A DNA stretch of 64,000 nt from an uncultured Nitrososphaerales archaeon (GTDB lineage Archaea; Thermoproteota; Nitrososphaeria; Nitrososphaerales; Nitrososphaeraceae): positions 224,001-288,000 of the forward strand of contig CAVQMO010000012.1 in the NCBI GenBank assembly GCA_963713605.1. The letters run 5' to 3'. Both the position numbers and the translations under genes were made by a program. Below, in pieces: positions 1 to 11,305 of the stretch. The notes below the pieces were generated by a model, which made no database searches, had not been told where the DNA came from, and was given only the letters and a program-made list of their open reading frames with translations. Every line of letters begins with the position of its first letter. Position 1 is the first letter of the stretch.

Positions 1-682
1 CGAATGCGCCGCCTCCACCTGCTGAATTTATAATAATCCCACTCCTACCAATGTAGTCATTATCATTGTAGTAATAATCGCCATTTTCATTATCATAATT
101 ATCGCGTCCGGCATAATCGTCATCATATTCATCATTTTTATAGTTATTAGACGCGGAAGTAACAATAGCATTATCACTATTGTCAAAGAATGGTGAGTTT
201 TCGCTGTCCTCGTCATTATCGTTAGCTTCGTCATTTCCATCATCTTCCTCATCGTCATTAGAGGAGGTTTCATCGTCATTAGAGGAGGTTTCATCGTCAT
301 TGGTATCATCGTTACTATTTTGTTCGTCATTGTTACTATCATTGTTATCTTCATCATCTACCTCATCGCCATTTGAAGATGTCTCATCGTCGTTAGAAGA
401 TCCATCGTTAGAAGATGGAGTAATAGGAGATGAAGATGGTAATGTAGCCAGCTGGGTTATAATGCTAGAGTTACCCGTCGAATTAAGCAGGAAAGAAGTG
501 GTCTGAGTTAAGTTACTATTGATACCATGATTCAAATTTGTAGTTGAATTATCACCACTCTGTTCTAGACTAGCTGGAATTATTTGCGCGAATAGAGTCT
601 GCATTACTCCGCCAGATTGAGGATAAACCAATAACGTTAATGCCGCAAAAGACGTACAAGCTAATGCTACTACTAAAGTCAT
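1..682 (-). CDS. Secreted/surface acidic low-complexity protein (partial, runs off window start)
   Basis: Manual translation of the minus strand from ATG at 682: MTLVVALACTSFAALTLLVYPQSGG... (signal-like), then Ser/Asn-rich and Asp/Glu/Asn-rich tracts (NDDETSS repeats). Open to position 1, so absent from the ORF track. Confidence 0.75.
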   Translation of the reverse strand, partial: MTLVVALACTSFAALTLLVYPQSGGVMQTLFAQIIPASLEQSGDNSTTNLNHGINSNLTQTTSFLLNSTGNSSIITQLATLPSSSPITPSSNDGSSNDDETSSNGDEVDDEDNNDSNNDEQNSNDDTNDDETSSNDDETSSNDDEEDDGNDEANDNDEDSENSPFFDNSDNAIVTSASNNYKNDEYDDDYAGRDNYDNENGDYYYNDNDYIGRSGIIINSAGGGGAF

Positions 683-1258
683 CTTAAATAGGGAAGATTT
701 ATACAATTTAATGCATTTTCCCATCTGAAAAATACTATAAAAATATTTCGTACTTAACACATAGAAGAATGATGTGATTCGCCTGTTACGGATTCTATAG
801 AAGCAGAAATAGAGAATCATGGAAAAGTAAAATTGGGCAAATATATTCGTGGTTCATGGATGTGCAATGACTGTGTGACAGAAAGAACTGATGAGACTAC
901 TTCGACAATTCAGGACGAGAGTGACAGCTTACGTCACGAACGCGTAGGAGTTGCAAATAAATCAGATGTTTCTCCTAATACTCCTGCAGCAGATGAAGCT
1001 GATATATGATTTTAATCTACGAAGATTTTAATTATTGTAATGGAAATTCAAATGATACAAAGTGACTTGGATAGAAACAAATGATACAAAGACAAGCATT
1101 AGCATTCCAGTAATTAGTGTTAGTAGAGAGGATTTTTGGAAGATGTTTGAGCCACTGCTTAAGCAATCGATTAATGGATCTGCAAGTTCATTTGAATAAA
1201 GTTCAATCAATGAAATATGTGAGCAAGTTCAAATATCTGAAATGAGAAGCTGTACTAA

Positions 1259-1633
1259 ATGTCGCTTAATTTTGTCAAAGCTGTGAAGAGTACACACAGA
1301 CACCCGATAAATAAACTACTTCATCTCATCGGATTAGTGTTGTATACTTTTGCGTTATTTACATTTGCATCTTATTTGTTGGGTAATCTTAATCAAAATC
1401 CGATGTTAAGTCTAGCTTTGTGGCTGACAGCAATTAATTTGTTTATCATGGGTCACATGATTGAAGATAACGTAAGAGCAATGACTGCTATCATACTCTT
1501 TAAGTATATGAGATCTAAACTGTCCAAGAATGAGTTTGATAAAGAGAAGTTACAATCTCGAAATAATAATAACGATATGACATTAGTGAGATATTCACGT
1601 CTGCACGATATTGCAATATCTTGCCAGTGTTAG
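1259..1633 (+). CDS. DUF962/Mpo1-like small membrane protein
   Basis: HRHPINKLLHLIG motif, two hydrophobic helices, then GHMIE. Confidence 0.65.
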   Translation: MSLNFVKAVKSTHRHPINKLLHLIGLVLYTFALFTFASYLLGNLNQNPMLSLALWLTAINLFIMGHMIEDNVRAMTAIILFKYMRSKLSKNEFDKEKLQSRNNNNDMTLVRYSRLHDIAISCQC

Positions 1634-1887
1634 TGTCTACTATTGCAGTCATATTCTTAACTTCTGTTCCATGAATCCCGTGTAATGTCTTACTTGCTTA
1701 GGTTACAGAAGTATTCGTCACATTCCGTACATGGGGAGGTAGTCATCCCTATATTACGACATCCGCTGTAACCATATGGTGCGAATGCTTGAGACATTTT
1801 CTCTAGACAGAGGTATATCATACAGTTTATGAAAATATCTTACCGTTTACTGTTGCGACCTACTTATTTAATACTGCCTGACATAAT

Positions 1888-2370
1888 ATGATGTCGCAAT
1901 TGTCAAATCCAGCGCCCGAAAAGAAAACAGTGATGATATGCGATGATGATACAGATTTGCTCCGACTATTTGGGCAAGCACTCAGATCGAAATATAATGT
2001 GATTTTGGTTAATTCTGGCGAAGAGTGCATTGAAAGATTCATAGAAGAAAAGAATCGGGGAAATAAAATACACCTCATACTATTAGATTATAGATTGGGC
2101 GACATGTTGGGGGATTCTGTTGCTAAGAAGATAAAAGACTATAATGGATCTATAATAATTCTGATTTCTGCATACGATCTGGATTACACACTTGTACAAG
2201 AATTAGAAGAAAATAGGTACATTGTGAAATCCATAGCAAAGCCAATTGAGCTGGCGAATCTAATTGCTATAATAGCAAGTACCGATAAGTTAGGACATGT
2301 AACATATCTAGCGGAATATTATCTGTTGTGTAAAAGAGCACAATGGAACCAAACTGATATCTGGATATGA
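1888..2370 (+). CDS. Single-domain response regulator (CheY-like receiver)
   Basis: VMICDDD, ILLDYRLGDMLG (phospho-acceptor Asp), ISA and KP motifs. Confidence 0.9.
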   Translation: MMSQLSNPAPEKKTVMICDDDTDLLRLFGQALRSKYNVILVNSGEECIERFIEEKNRGNKIHLILLDYRLGDMLGDSVAKKIKDYNGSIIILISAYDLDYTLVQELEENRYIVKSIAKPIELANLIAIIASTDKLGHVTYLAEYYLLCKRAQWNQTDIWI

Positions 2371-2889
2371 CATAGACGACTCCATACTGAAAGAATTGGA
2401 GGAAAACAAGTACATTGCAAAATATGTGGAGAAGCCGATTTACTTGAGTAGCCTGATTAAGATTGTGGAAGAGACAGTACATGATTAAAGACAAACAAAA
2501 GCCTATTCCGCTTTTCGCCGCTGCAGTATAATAGTTTATGTGGTTCTATATACCTCTAATGTCTCTTCATATTTTCTTTTCATCATGCTTTTCTTTTAGT
2601 TACGCTCTATCTAGTACCGATAGATGAAAGCAAGAATAACAACAACAACTCCAAAAGTAGGTACTGCTAACTAGTACGAACTCTTTGGATAAGAACCTAT
2701 TTACTATTCTAATAAACAAGAGGTAATAGGCATCTATTTTTTCGGATTACGATCTTTCTAAATTCTGACTTTTATAGTGATATCAAACTTGCAGTTGACC
2801 GTTGCTTCATTGGTTTAGCCATACTGACTTACTATATCTTGTTTCGTTAATAGGGATTACTAGTAACTGGCCTGACTCACCGGTGCGAA

Positions 2890-3219
2890 TCAGTGCGTAA
2901 TGATGACGCCGCCTGATCCGCCGCCTCCGCCGCCTCCGCCGCCGATGGTTGAGCCGCCGTCTGATCCGCCGTTGTCTGATCCGCCGCCGATGGTTGAGCC
3001 GCCGTCTGATCCGCCGCCTCCGCCGCCTGCTAATCCAGATATAGATCCGCTAGCATTATTGGTCCCAGTCATATTTTCGCTTGGACTTGTCATATTTCCG
3101 GTCATGTTTTGAGCTTTTACAGGTTGTTGTTCATTAAACACACTGCTACCAACCATAATGCTACCGACTGTTGCAATCATAATCGCAAATATTGTGAGCT
3201 TTGCTATTCGAAGTGACAT
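2890..3219 (-). CDS. Secreted glycine-rich protein
   Basis: Signal peptide ending VKA, NMT repeats and duplicated GGSDGGSTIGGG; TTTATA box and GGTGA upstream. Confidence 0.7.
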   Translation of the reverse strand: MSLRIAKLTIFAIMIATVGSIMVGSSVFNEQQPVKAQNMTGNMTSPSENMTGTNNASGSISGLAGGGGGGSDGGSTIGGGSDNGGSDGGSTIGGGGGGGGGSGGVIITH

Positions 3220-3334
3220 ATAGTGTCACCAACCGTCATACTATAAAGGGTTTCAATTCTATCTTGGTCACACTCCCCCGAATCCGCAGATGCTAAGAGT
3301 TGCCAACAAGCGCTAACGACGTGTTAATCAAAAT

Positions 3335-3829
3335 ATGCCATCATATGAAGCATATGCTACTTATATCCAACTAACTATTCTAAGAGACACGAAACAATAT
3401 CTTGCCGCGTTTGTTATTGCTGTCGTCGTATTAGCAATATTCGGAGTAACTGTGCAGTCATCATACGGATCTGAGTTGTCTAAGATAAGAACAAGAGGTA
3501 TGAATATCCCAGCTGTCATTGCTACATCTGGTGAAACAGTGTATGTTGTATGGGGTAGTAGTGATCCAGCCACCAACAACACAGAGATTATGTTTAGAAT
3601 GTCTGGAGATGGCGGACAAACATACCAAGACAAAGTAATCTGAGCAACTCAACTGGCTCTAATTCCACTGACTTTGATGTAGAAGCTACCGATGATAACG
3701 TAATAGTAAGCTGGTGGGAAACTAATTCTACAAGCTCTGAGCCAGTACCTGAGATACAGCACCGACAATGGTGGTACATTTGGTCCGGTGTTGAGACTAG
3801 CAACTAATGGAACTATCGGCGGCGGATAG
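3335..3829 (+). pseudogene. Asp-box (BNR/sialidase-like) secreted protein, two frameshifts
   Basis: SGDGGQTY; after a shift NLSNSTGSNSTDFDVEATDDNVIVSWWETN; after a second shift STDNGGTFGPVLRLATNGTIG. Paralogue of the intact 29809-30261. Confidence 0.75.
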
Positions 3830-4022
3830 TAATTACCAGATATTTCCCATAATTTTTTATCCCAGATAACTATATGCCGACCGAACCGCTAATTCAACTT
3901 GCAGAGTAGCCGATCATATCATCTAGCAGTGATATTGATGCATTTCAACTTGTAACTAAGTGCATTCGTTATTCGGGCTTAATCGGTTAATGTCATCCAT
4001 AGTATTGTTAAGTGGGATTTAA

Positions 4023-4286
4023 TTAGATCTCAAATTCTTTCAAAGATTCTTCTGATAGATTGAAATAAACTCGCTTATCACCATAATGGTCAATTCTTAT
4101 CTGAGGGATAAAATATACGTGTTCTCTCTTAAATTCACCATCTAGTATAATCAATTTATCTTTGTATTCTGCGATCACTTTTCCAATTTCTCTATCTTTA
4201 TCAAGACTTAAACTAGCAGAAGCTCTGTGAGAAGCATAATAGCTTCCCAAAGAAACTTTGATATTCTTTGCTTTGCTATTTCTCAT
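4023..4286 (-). CDS. Small PRC-barrel/DUF2171-like protein
   Basis: IGKV...IILDG...YFIP...IDHY pattern, similar to 6684-6998. Confidence 0.5.
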   Translation of the reverse strand: MRNSKAKNIKVSLGSYYASHRASASLSLDKDREIGKVIAEYKDKLIILDGEFKREHVYFIPQIRIDHYGDKRVYFNLSEESLKEFEI

Positions 4287-4485
4287 TTTAAATAACCACT
4301 GCTATAAGCAAGTCAACCATTTACATGTAATAATGAATTAGGGGGTCAGTATGTTATAGTTAGTGTCATAGAGTGGATATTAATAATGTATTACACCAAC
4401 AGACTTTAGCGTGACTAACCAATATAATACTATTATATCTAATAATATTATTATATCTAACTAGATGGCTAGCTGACAGAGAGTT

Positions 4486-5148
4486 CTATGTGTAAACTTC
4501 TCTTTGTCTATTAACTGATAACTCTGCAGCAGTTTCTCTTGCTGTGTTTGCGATGGTTTTTGCATTATCCACATTTATTCTTGAAAGCTCTTTTGTATAT
4601 CGTTGTGCTCGTTCGAATGCGTTTCCCAAAGCTTCAATATTTCCAAATAAGATGTCATTGCCTATTCTTACTGATGCTGAGAGGTTTTCAGCAATATTGT
4701 TGACTGACCTGACATATGTCTCTGCCGGTACTCTCGGAGAAAACCAGTAATCATGTAATCTATTAGCATTTTCATAATACGGAGCTGCAGAGTTAATGAG
4801 CGAATCAACTACTGACTTTTGAGCTTCAATATAATCTTCTACCATTTTTCCAGTCGATTCTAATACTTGTTCTTGATAGTGAGTAACTACAGTTGTGAAT
4901 TGTGGAATTTGAGTTCTTGCTTCGTCTATTGATTTTCTTACATTCTCTTTTGTTTCATCTAATGATTTGTGAAATGTGCGTTGAAAATCTTGTACTGCTA
5001 CTAGTTGTTGTTGTTGCTGTTGTCCAACTTTTTGTAGAGTTTGGGCTGCATCGTTTTTATCTCTTATACTTTTGGCTTCTTCAGCGACTCTTTGAGTGTC
5101 TTCAATAGCTTTAACTTGTTCTGTTTTGGACATATAAGATCTTCTCAC
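4486..5148 (-). CDS. Amphipathic all-helical hypothetical protein (phasin-like pattern)
   Basis: 220-aa ORF with a poly-Q tract, Gln/Ala/Asn-rich helices and no TM segment. Confidence 0.7.
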   Translation of the reverse strand: MRRSYMSKTEQVKAIEDTQRVAEEAKSIRDKNDAAQTLQKVGQQQQQQLVAVQDFQRTFHKSLDETKENVRKSIDEARTQIPQFTTVVTHYQEQVLESTGKMVEDYIEAQKSVVDSLINSAAPYYENANRLHDYWFSPRVPAETYVRSVNNIAENLSASVRIGNDILFGNIEALGNAFERAQRYTKELSRINVDNAKTIANTARETAAELSVNRQREVYT

Positions 5149-5495
5149 GATAGTTATATAAACACTGGCAATTTAATGGAATTTGTCCCCATATTAGGTA
5201 ACATCAGGCATATTGCGGGATTAATACGGCGTACGTTCTAATATTATCAGTTAATAGATGCGATATCTTTAGCCTGGTTGGTTATTCATATTGATTTATA
5301 GTGACATATATGCCGCTCGAAGTAGCCTGGCATTTTACTGCAAGTAAGATCAAGCCATTGAGTGGAAATAGTATAAAACCATGTCTCTTTAAGCAAGTTA
5401 AACTAGTTGCAGTGGCTATGACACATTACATTTTTAGAAGCCGTTATGATTAAATTGACCCTTCATCTAACTCTAATCAGCTGCCAAAGCCATTT

Positions 5496-6659
5496 ATGAC
5501 TTCAGTGATTTCAACTATAAAAAATATTACTTCTAAGAATAATGGTTGGGTGTTTATATTATCTTTTGGACTTATCATATTAGTACTGATCGGGACGCCA
5601 TACATTACATCGATCGCAACATCATCAACAGAAGAAACACAAAAAATTCCGTTATATTATATAAGTACCCGAGATCCACAGGATCCTATATACTCAGTAG
5701 TGACGGGACCAGGATACGGTAACGATACATATCGAAATTTGAGCGAACTAACAGAAAAACCATGTCAAAATGAAACCGTTGTAATATTTATTCATGGATG
5801 GGAAGAGAGTGAAGATAATGTAAAAGAGAGGTTAAACAGAGTGAAGTTGTCGCTAGAAAATAATAGTTATATTCACCCGTTGATAGTCTTTAGTTGGCCC
5901 TCTGACACACAATGGGATAGCGCCAGGTCTATAGCCACTGAAAATGGTCCAAAACTTGCAAACTTAATTTTCAATATAAATAATGAATGCTCAGGTACTG
6001 ACATAAGATTACTTGCACATTCATTGGGGGCTAGAGTTGTGCTTAGCAACTTAGAAAGTTTACACGAGAACAAAACTTGGAATAACAATAATTTCACTAT
6101 TAAATCTGTAGATTTATTGGGCGCGGCGGTTGATGATGAAGAGGTTTCTACTAATCCAATAGACATTCTAACCGATCTGACAAATTTGGGTACTCCTAAA
6201 TCAGACTATGGACAAGCAATTGAAGCAGTGGTAACAAATTTCACAAATTATTTTAGCAGTAAAGATAATACGCTTGAACCAAACCCCGAAAAACCGATTT
6301 ATCCATTTTTTGAAACCGATTTGGCACTTGGGCAGAGTGGATATCAAAAAGTTCCATACGACATCAAAATTACAAAATCACTCCCAGATAATTACATCGA
6401 GAAAGATGTAAAAGAAGAATTAGTGGCAGAATGTGATGCAGACGGTGACGGAAAGAGTGATTTTCCGTTTGAGAATAGTCAAACTATTACCATAGGGGAT
6501 AATCACAGGGGCTATCTTGGCTATAGAAACATAACCGACAATTCAAAAATAACTTATGATGGAGCGATCGATATAGTTATCGAAAACTGGAATAATAATA
6601 GAACATCTAATACAAGCCCGAATTTGGAATTGAGTTCTGTATGTCATGACAGTCAATAG
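5496..6659 (+). CDS. Membrane-anchored alpha/beta hydrolase (DUF900/DUF726-like)
   Basis: N-terminal TM helix, FIHGW oxyanion motif, FSWPS, AHSLG nucleophile elbow, LLGAA and a C-terminal His (NHRGY). Confidence 0.85.
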   Translation: MTSVISTIKNITSKNNGWVFILSFGLIILVLIGTPYITSIATSSTEETQKIPLYYISTRDPQDPIYSVVTGPGYGNDTYRNLSELTEKPCQNETVVIFIHGWEESEDNVKERLNRVKLSLENNSYIHPLIVFSWPSDTQWDSARSIATENGPKLANLIFNINNECSGTDIRLLAHSLGARVVLSNLESLHENKTWNNNNFTIKSVDLLGAAVDDEEVSTNPIDILTDLTNLGTPKSDYGQAIEAVVTNFTNYFSSKDNTLEPNPEKPIYPFFETDLALGQSGYQKVPYDIKITKSLPDNYIEKDVKEELVAECDADGDGKSDFPFENSQTITIGDNHRGYLGYRNITDNSKITYDGAIDIVIENWNNNRTSNTSPNLELSSVCHDSQ

Positions 6660-6683
6660 TGTGTCTGTGTAACCATACGTCGT

Positions 6684-6998
6684 CTATGCACCGTAACTAA
6701 AATACCCCGGATTGTCTTTTTCATATTTTGATTTTAGCTCTTGCTCATTAATTCTTAGCTTTACTTTTCCGTCTTGATACGTTTCTAATAGCTCCCTATC
6801 CATCCTATAGTATTTGGAATGGATTATCTTATCTTTCACAATAAATTGATCCGCTTCTAGTCCATCCACATGACCCACATGTTTGTTGTCGCTTGTATAA
6901 ACAGATTTAGTTATTATTTCGCCCCAATCAAAATCTCGTTCATTATTCTTCATGGGTGCGCTTACACAGTTGAGCTTAATAAAGCCTCTTGAGTCCAT
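6684..6998 (-). CDS. Small PRC-barrel/DUF2171-like protein
   Basis: VYTSDNKHVGHVDGL motif. Confidence 0.6.
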   Translation of the reverse strand: MDSRGFIKLNCVSAPMKNNERDFDWGEIITKSVYTSDNKHVGHVDGLEADQFIVKDKIIHSKYYRMDRELLETYQDGKVKLRINEQELKSKYEKDNPGYFSYGA

Positions 6999-7232
6999 AG
7001 ACTGGGTATATCTAATGGTAAATCAAAAATGATTCTGAGCCGTAACATGCTATGTCTAGATTCTTAATAGTTTATTATAAATTCGTGATGTTGAAGTTAC
7101 CCCGAACTTCAACAGTCTCTTTAATAGTATTTACTTCACCCTCGACACTCCATCTCCTAACTTAATATTTTACCATTTTTTAACTCTTGACTGGATTATT
7201 GATTCAAATTGTCTTCTGAAATAATAAACATT

Positions 7233-7601
7233 CTAGTCTACACAAATACCCGGGACTGCCACTTTCTTGAATAAGTGTGGAGACATCACAGTATTGGGCA
7301 AGACTTTAGCCATGTTTGATCTAAACTCTGGTCTATCAAATGCTTGCTTAAAAGGTCCTGCAGATTCCCAAACGACATAATTAATGAATGTGGTACTACC
7401 AGCAATTCCCCGATGCAGCTGGGCGGAAATGAATCCGGGTTGCTGTTTGAAAGTTTCTGTAGTCTTAGTGAATACCTGTAAAAACTCATCGATCTCTTGA
7501 GGGTCTACATTGAATCTGTTCATCACGATGACTGGCCCAACATCTTCATCCGATTGTTTTTCAAGAGCTATTCTTTCATCTGTTTCTACGATTTTTACCA
7601 T
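7233..7601 (-). CDS. Antibiotic biosynthesis monooxygenase (ABM) family protein
   Basis: NRFNV...QPGFISAQLHRG...FINYVVWES signature. Confidence 0.9.
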   Translation of the reverse strand: MVKIVETDERIALEKQSDEDVGPVIVMNRFNVDPQEIDEFLQVFTKTTETFKQQPGFISAQLHRGIAGSTTFINYVVWESAGPFKQAFDRPEFRSNMAKVLPNTVMSPHLFKKVAVPGICVD

Positions 7602-8249
7602 ATCTTATTTTGGGACAGCTTGGTATTTCAGTTTTGTTGATAGATTAGCACATCAATCATTAACAGTACTATCGATAGCAAGAAAGAATGAGTAGTTGTA
7701 ATCAGTCTCGGTCGATATCCAAAAAATGTTAGGAATGACTACCAGTGGTCAGGGCATGAATATAACTAAACTGATTGCGACAGTTAGCCTGGCAGTGGCA
7801 GTATTAACAATGATGACATCCAATCAGCTACCAGTGTACGCGTCGCCAACAACTGAAGATGATGGTTTGGTTGAGGATGACGAAGATAGCCATGGTGAAA
7901 TATAAGCCAAGAAGTATTAGAAGTAGATTATGAGGGTTCACAATGGGAAGATGACATTGAACCAAATGAATTTGAAGAAGCAACTTTATCAGATCTCGGC
8001 ATGATTAACCATACGATTCTTAGCTGTTACCGTAAAGTACCTAATAACTATGAAGATTGTAGAATACTATAGAAAGTGTATAAAACAGGAAACCTTACTC
8101 CTGGTTATTAATTAGGATTAGCACTACGGAAAAGGTCCAATTAATAACTTTCTGGGAGAAAGGACATCGATGAGAACTGTCTGTCAGACCATTACCAAGA
8201 TTATGTTTAATATGAATGGGAGATTTGGAGGTAAAAAGAGGAATCATAT

Positions 8250-8432
8250 TTGTCTTCTGAGTGTCATATGAAGTACACGCTTATTGACGAGGACTTAGGG
8301 TTACAGATAGAGGCAAAAGGCCTCCAAACATTAATTCCCGAAAATTGGGAACAAATGCCGTCAGGGAACCTGAAGATCATAGACCAAGAGCAGTTTAAGT
8401 CAGAGAGTAGGGCGTTTCAGCCTATGCCTTAA
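8250..8432 (+). CDS. Small hypothetical protein
   Basis: 60-aa ORF preceded by GGAGG/GAGG purine tracts. Confidence 0.35.
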   Translation: MSSECHMKYTLIDEDLGLQIEAKGLQTLIPENWEQMPSGNLKIIDQEQFKSESRAFQPMP

Positions 8433-8665
8433 TCACTCCTATTCTCACGAAATATCACATTGTAAATTCAGCTTTGCCCTGTATTAATAGGACACATCAA
8501 GTTGTCTGCTAGAATATTCGGTACCATCTTCTTTTTTCCTATTGTATGGAATAAATTCTTGTGCTTCATCAAAAGTGTAGCAATTAGATTATTATAGTGT
8601 TAGTCACTGCTTATCAATTCGAGAAGATGTATCCCTCTGTAAAAGTAAAACGTTGCGGATAATAT

Positions 8666-10028
8666 ATGGATCTACATGTCCTAACATGGCTTTCAGCAGA
8701 CGGTCGATTGATTCTTGCTGCTAGAATAATTAGAACATTTGGTTACGGTTTTCTTAGTGTTATTCTGTCGATTTACTTAGCACTAATCGGCTTTGATGGC
8801 TTCGAGGTGGGATTGATTCTCTCAGCCAGTTTGATAAACAGCATATTCTTCAATTTAGTAGCTTCTTTCTACGCAAATAGATTAGGACGTAGGCGACTAC
8901 TTATTATATACTCACTCCTGATGTCCTTATCTGGCATCATATTCTTTGTTACAGATAACTATACTTTATTGATCGTTGCAGCATTAATTGGAACTATTAA
9001 TGTAACAGGTTCAGAGACGAGTGTATTTCTTTCGATAGAGCAGGCAATACTGCCACGAACGACCAAGGACATAAAAAAGAGAAACGTATTGTTTGCAATT
9101 TATAATATGGTTGGGACATTTGCAATGTCTGCAGGGATTCTACTTTCAGGCTTGCCTAATGTCGTTGAGCAATTTTATCACGGATTAGATCTGATAGAAT
9201 CTATAAAGATACTCTTTCTCATCTATAGCCTCTTAGGTCTGGCATCCGTCCTAATATATTTACGTCTTTCAAAGGATATAGAAGTTACTGTAAAAGAGAA
9301 TAGATCACCAATCAATGCAACCGACCAAGAATATGGGAAATTCTATAATAATAAGGGCGAAGATCAAAAACTACCCCAAAACAACAATAAGAGAAAGCAG
9401 ATAGGCAGAACTTTCAAGGGATCGTTCTTGTTCTCTTCAATATTCTCGCCTAAATCAAAGGAGATCGTTACTAAATTGTCCGGACTGTTCGCTATTGATT
9501 CCTTTGCTGGAGGATTTGTGATCCAGAGCATAGTCTCGCTGTGGTTCTATACAAGGTTTGGGGCAGATCTTTCTACCATATCTTACATTTTATCAATTTC
9601 AGGAGTATTTACTGCCTTCTCCTTCATAGCAGCAGCAAGAATCGCAGATAGAATAGGTCTGATCAATACAATGGTCTTTACACATCTACCATCCAATATC
9701 CTGATTATCTGTGTAGCATTTGCTCCAACACTCCCAATAGCTGCGATTTTGTACCTTATTAGAATGGCTTTTTCACAAATGGACGTACCTGCAAGACAAT
9801 CTTACATAGTATCAGTGGTTAAAGATGAAGAAACGTACTGCTGCAACTGGGATAACTAACATTTCTAGAAATATATCTCAAGCTTTATCGCCTTCAGTTG
9901 CTGGATACATTCTGCAGGCTACATCATCTCTTTTTGCCCCTTTTCTTATCGGGGGTCTGTTGAAGGTGATTTATGACGTAGCATTATACTTTAACTTCAG
10001 GAACATAAAGCCACAACAGGAAAAGTAG
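8666..10028 (+). CDS. MFS transporter (one frameshift near 9832)
   Basis: Multiple TM helices, ANRLGRRR motif A, DSFAGG and QMDVPARQSY. The C-terminus (RTAATGITN...LKVIYD) continues in ORF 9825-10028 after one extra A. Confidence 0.9.
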
Positions 10029-10109
10029 GTCGCAATTAGGTGTTGAATTGTGATGAATGTCACTTGAATCCTTAATCATTAAAATTGCAGTTAACGCCTA
10101 TGTTGCTCT

Positions 10110-10559
10110 ATGAAATGGATAACGAGAGAACATGCCAAAGTTGACAGAATTGCATGTCCATGGTTGATAAAGAACTTTATCGATAATGATGCTGAATTTC
10201 TCTTTGTTCCTGCCCACAAAGTACTAGAAGTAGCAAGAGAGCGAAATGCTATACCTTTTGATGTGCCCAATGTAGAGCTTGGTCATCATGGCGAAGAATG
10301 TTCGTTTGATGCCATTATAAAGAAAAACGAGCTGGACAAAAAAGAGCCTGCACTGTTGGAGTTATCAAAGATTGTAAGAGGTGCGGACACTCCGAACAGA
10401 TCACTAACACTACAGTCAGAAGGCTTGGTTGCAATTGCGACTGGATTTGGCCTAATTTCCAAAGATGACCATGATAACATGGCAAAGCAGTTCTGCGTTT
10501 ACGATGCTTTACTTGCATTCTGCAAATCTAATAAGAAAGCGACCTCTAGTCGTCATTAG
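10110..10559 (+). CDS. chrB: Chromate-resistance ChrB C-terminal-domain protein
   Basis: MKWITRE..KVDRIACPWLI..FID..AEFLFV, PFD, H.GE.CSFDA, IVRGAD and YDAL motifs. Confidence 0.85.
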   Translation: MKWITREHAKVDRIACPWLIKNFIDNDAEFLFVPAHKVLEVARERNAIPFDVPNVELGHHGEECSFDAIIKKNELDKKEPALLELSKIVRGADTPNRSLTLQSEGLVAIATGFGLISKDDHDNMAKQFCVYDALLAFCKSNKKATSSRH

Positions 10560-10867
10560 TCATTTGAAAGAAGTGACTACGTAAACCACCTGTCGTCTAT
10601 CGTCCTCGTCACCTGGATAAATATCTAGAAGCCAAAATAATCACTTGTCTTGATTATGGTGCTACACAGATAATAAGAAGCCAATTACTTATTATTTCGT
10701 TTACAAAACTGGTCAGTGATGTCTGCATGCTTCCTTGTCTTCACTATCGAAAAGGTCAAGTTATGCCTAGTTTAACGTTATTTCAATTCTCTTGATTTAG
10801 AAAGTAATGATGGTCGGGGGCTAGAAATCTGTGAAAGAACCCCCAGCTTTTTAGACTAACCGTCTAT

Positions 10868-11092
10868 CTACAAATTTGGATTACTGGTAGAAATATTTCT
10901 ATATGGTGCCCTTGCAATGCTTTCTGAAATACCACACATCTGACAACATTTTACAGTATTCTTTTTGGGATCGTCAGAAACATACCACTCTGCAGGGTCG
11001 ACTAAATTAACTGCAAAGTGTGCATCCTTGTTTGCTGTGGGATATTTCTTTAAGAAAACCTTCAAATATTCCTTATGCTTTGGTGTTCGCAA
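10868..11092 (-). CDS. Small hypothetical protein with CxxC
   Basis: 74-aa ORF containing CQMC. Confidence 0.45.
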   Translation of the reverse strand: MRTPKHKEYLKVFLKKYPTANKDAHFAVNLVDPAEWYVSDDPKKNTVKCCQMCGISESIARAPYRNISTSNPNL

Positions 11093-11305
11093 TCAGTTTT
11101 ATGCATACAAAGTTAGTGAATCAACTTAATAACGAATGTAGCTCTGCCAGTAATTATCAACCCTAAACCATTAATGTTTTCCATACACTTTATCTAAGAT
11201 CTATTATGTAAATTTAAATAAAGAACTGAGTCAGTCAGTACCGCAAGAGGTATAACCTTAACCAATTGACTGGCAACATCGACAAAGGCGAAGGAGACAG
11301 TAACA

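Noticed and set aside
2900..3112. Proline-rich ORF on the + strand
   Set aside because: Antisense shadow of the Gly-rich secreted gene, which has the signal peptide and promoter.
10815..10852. GGGGG...CCCCC stem with inner hairpin as an ncRNA
   Set aside because: Short single occurrence; could be a terminator or chance.
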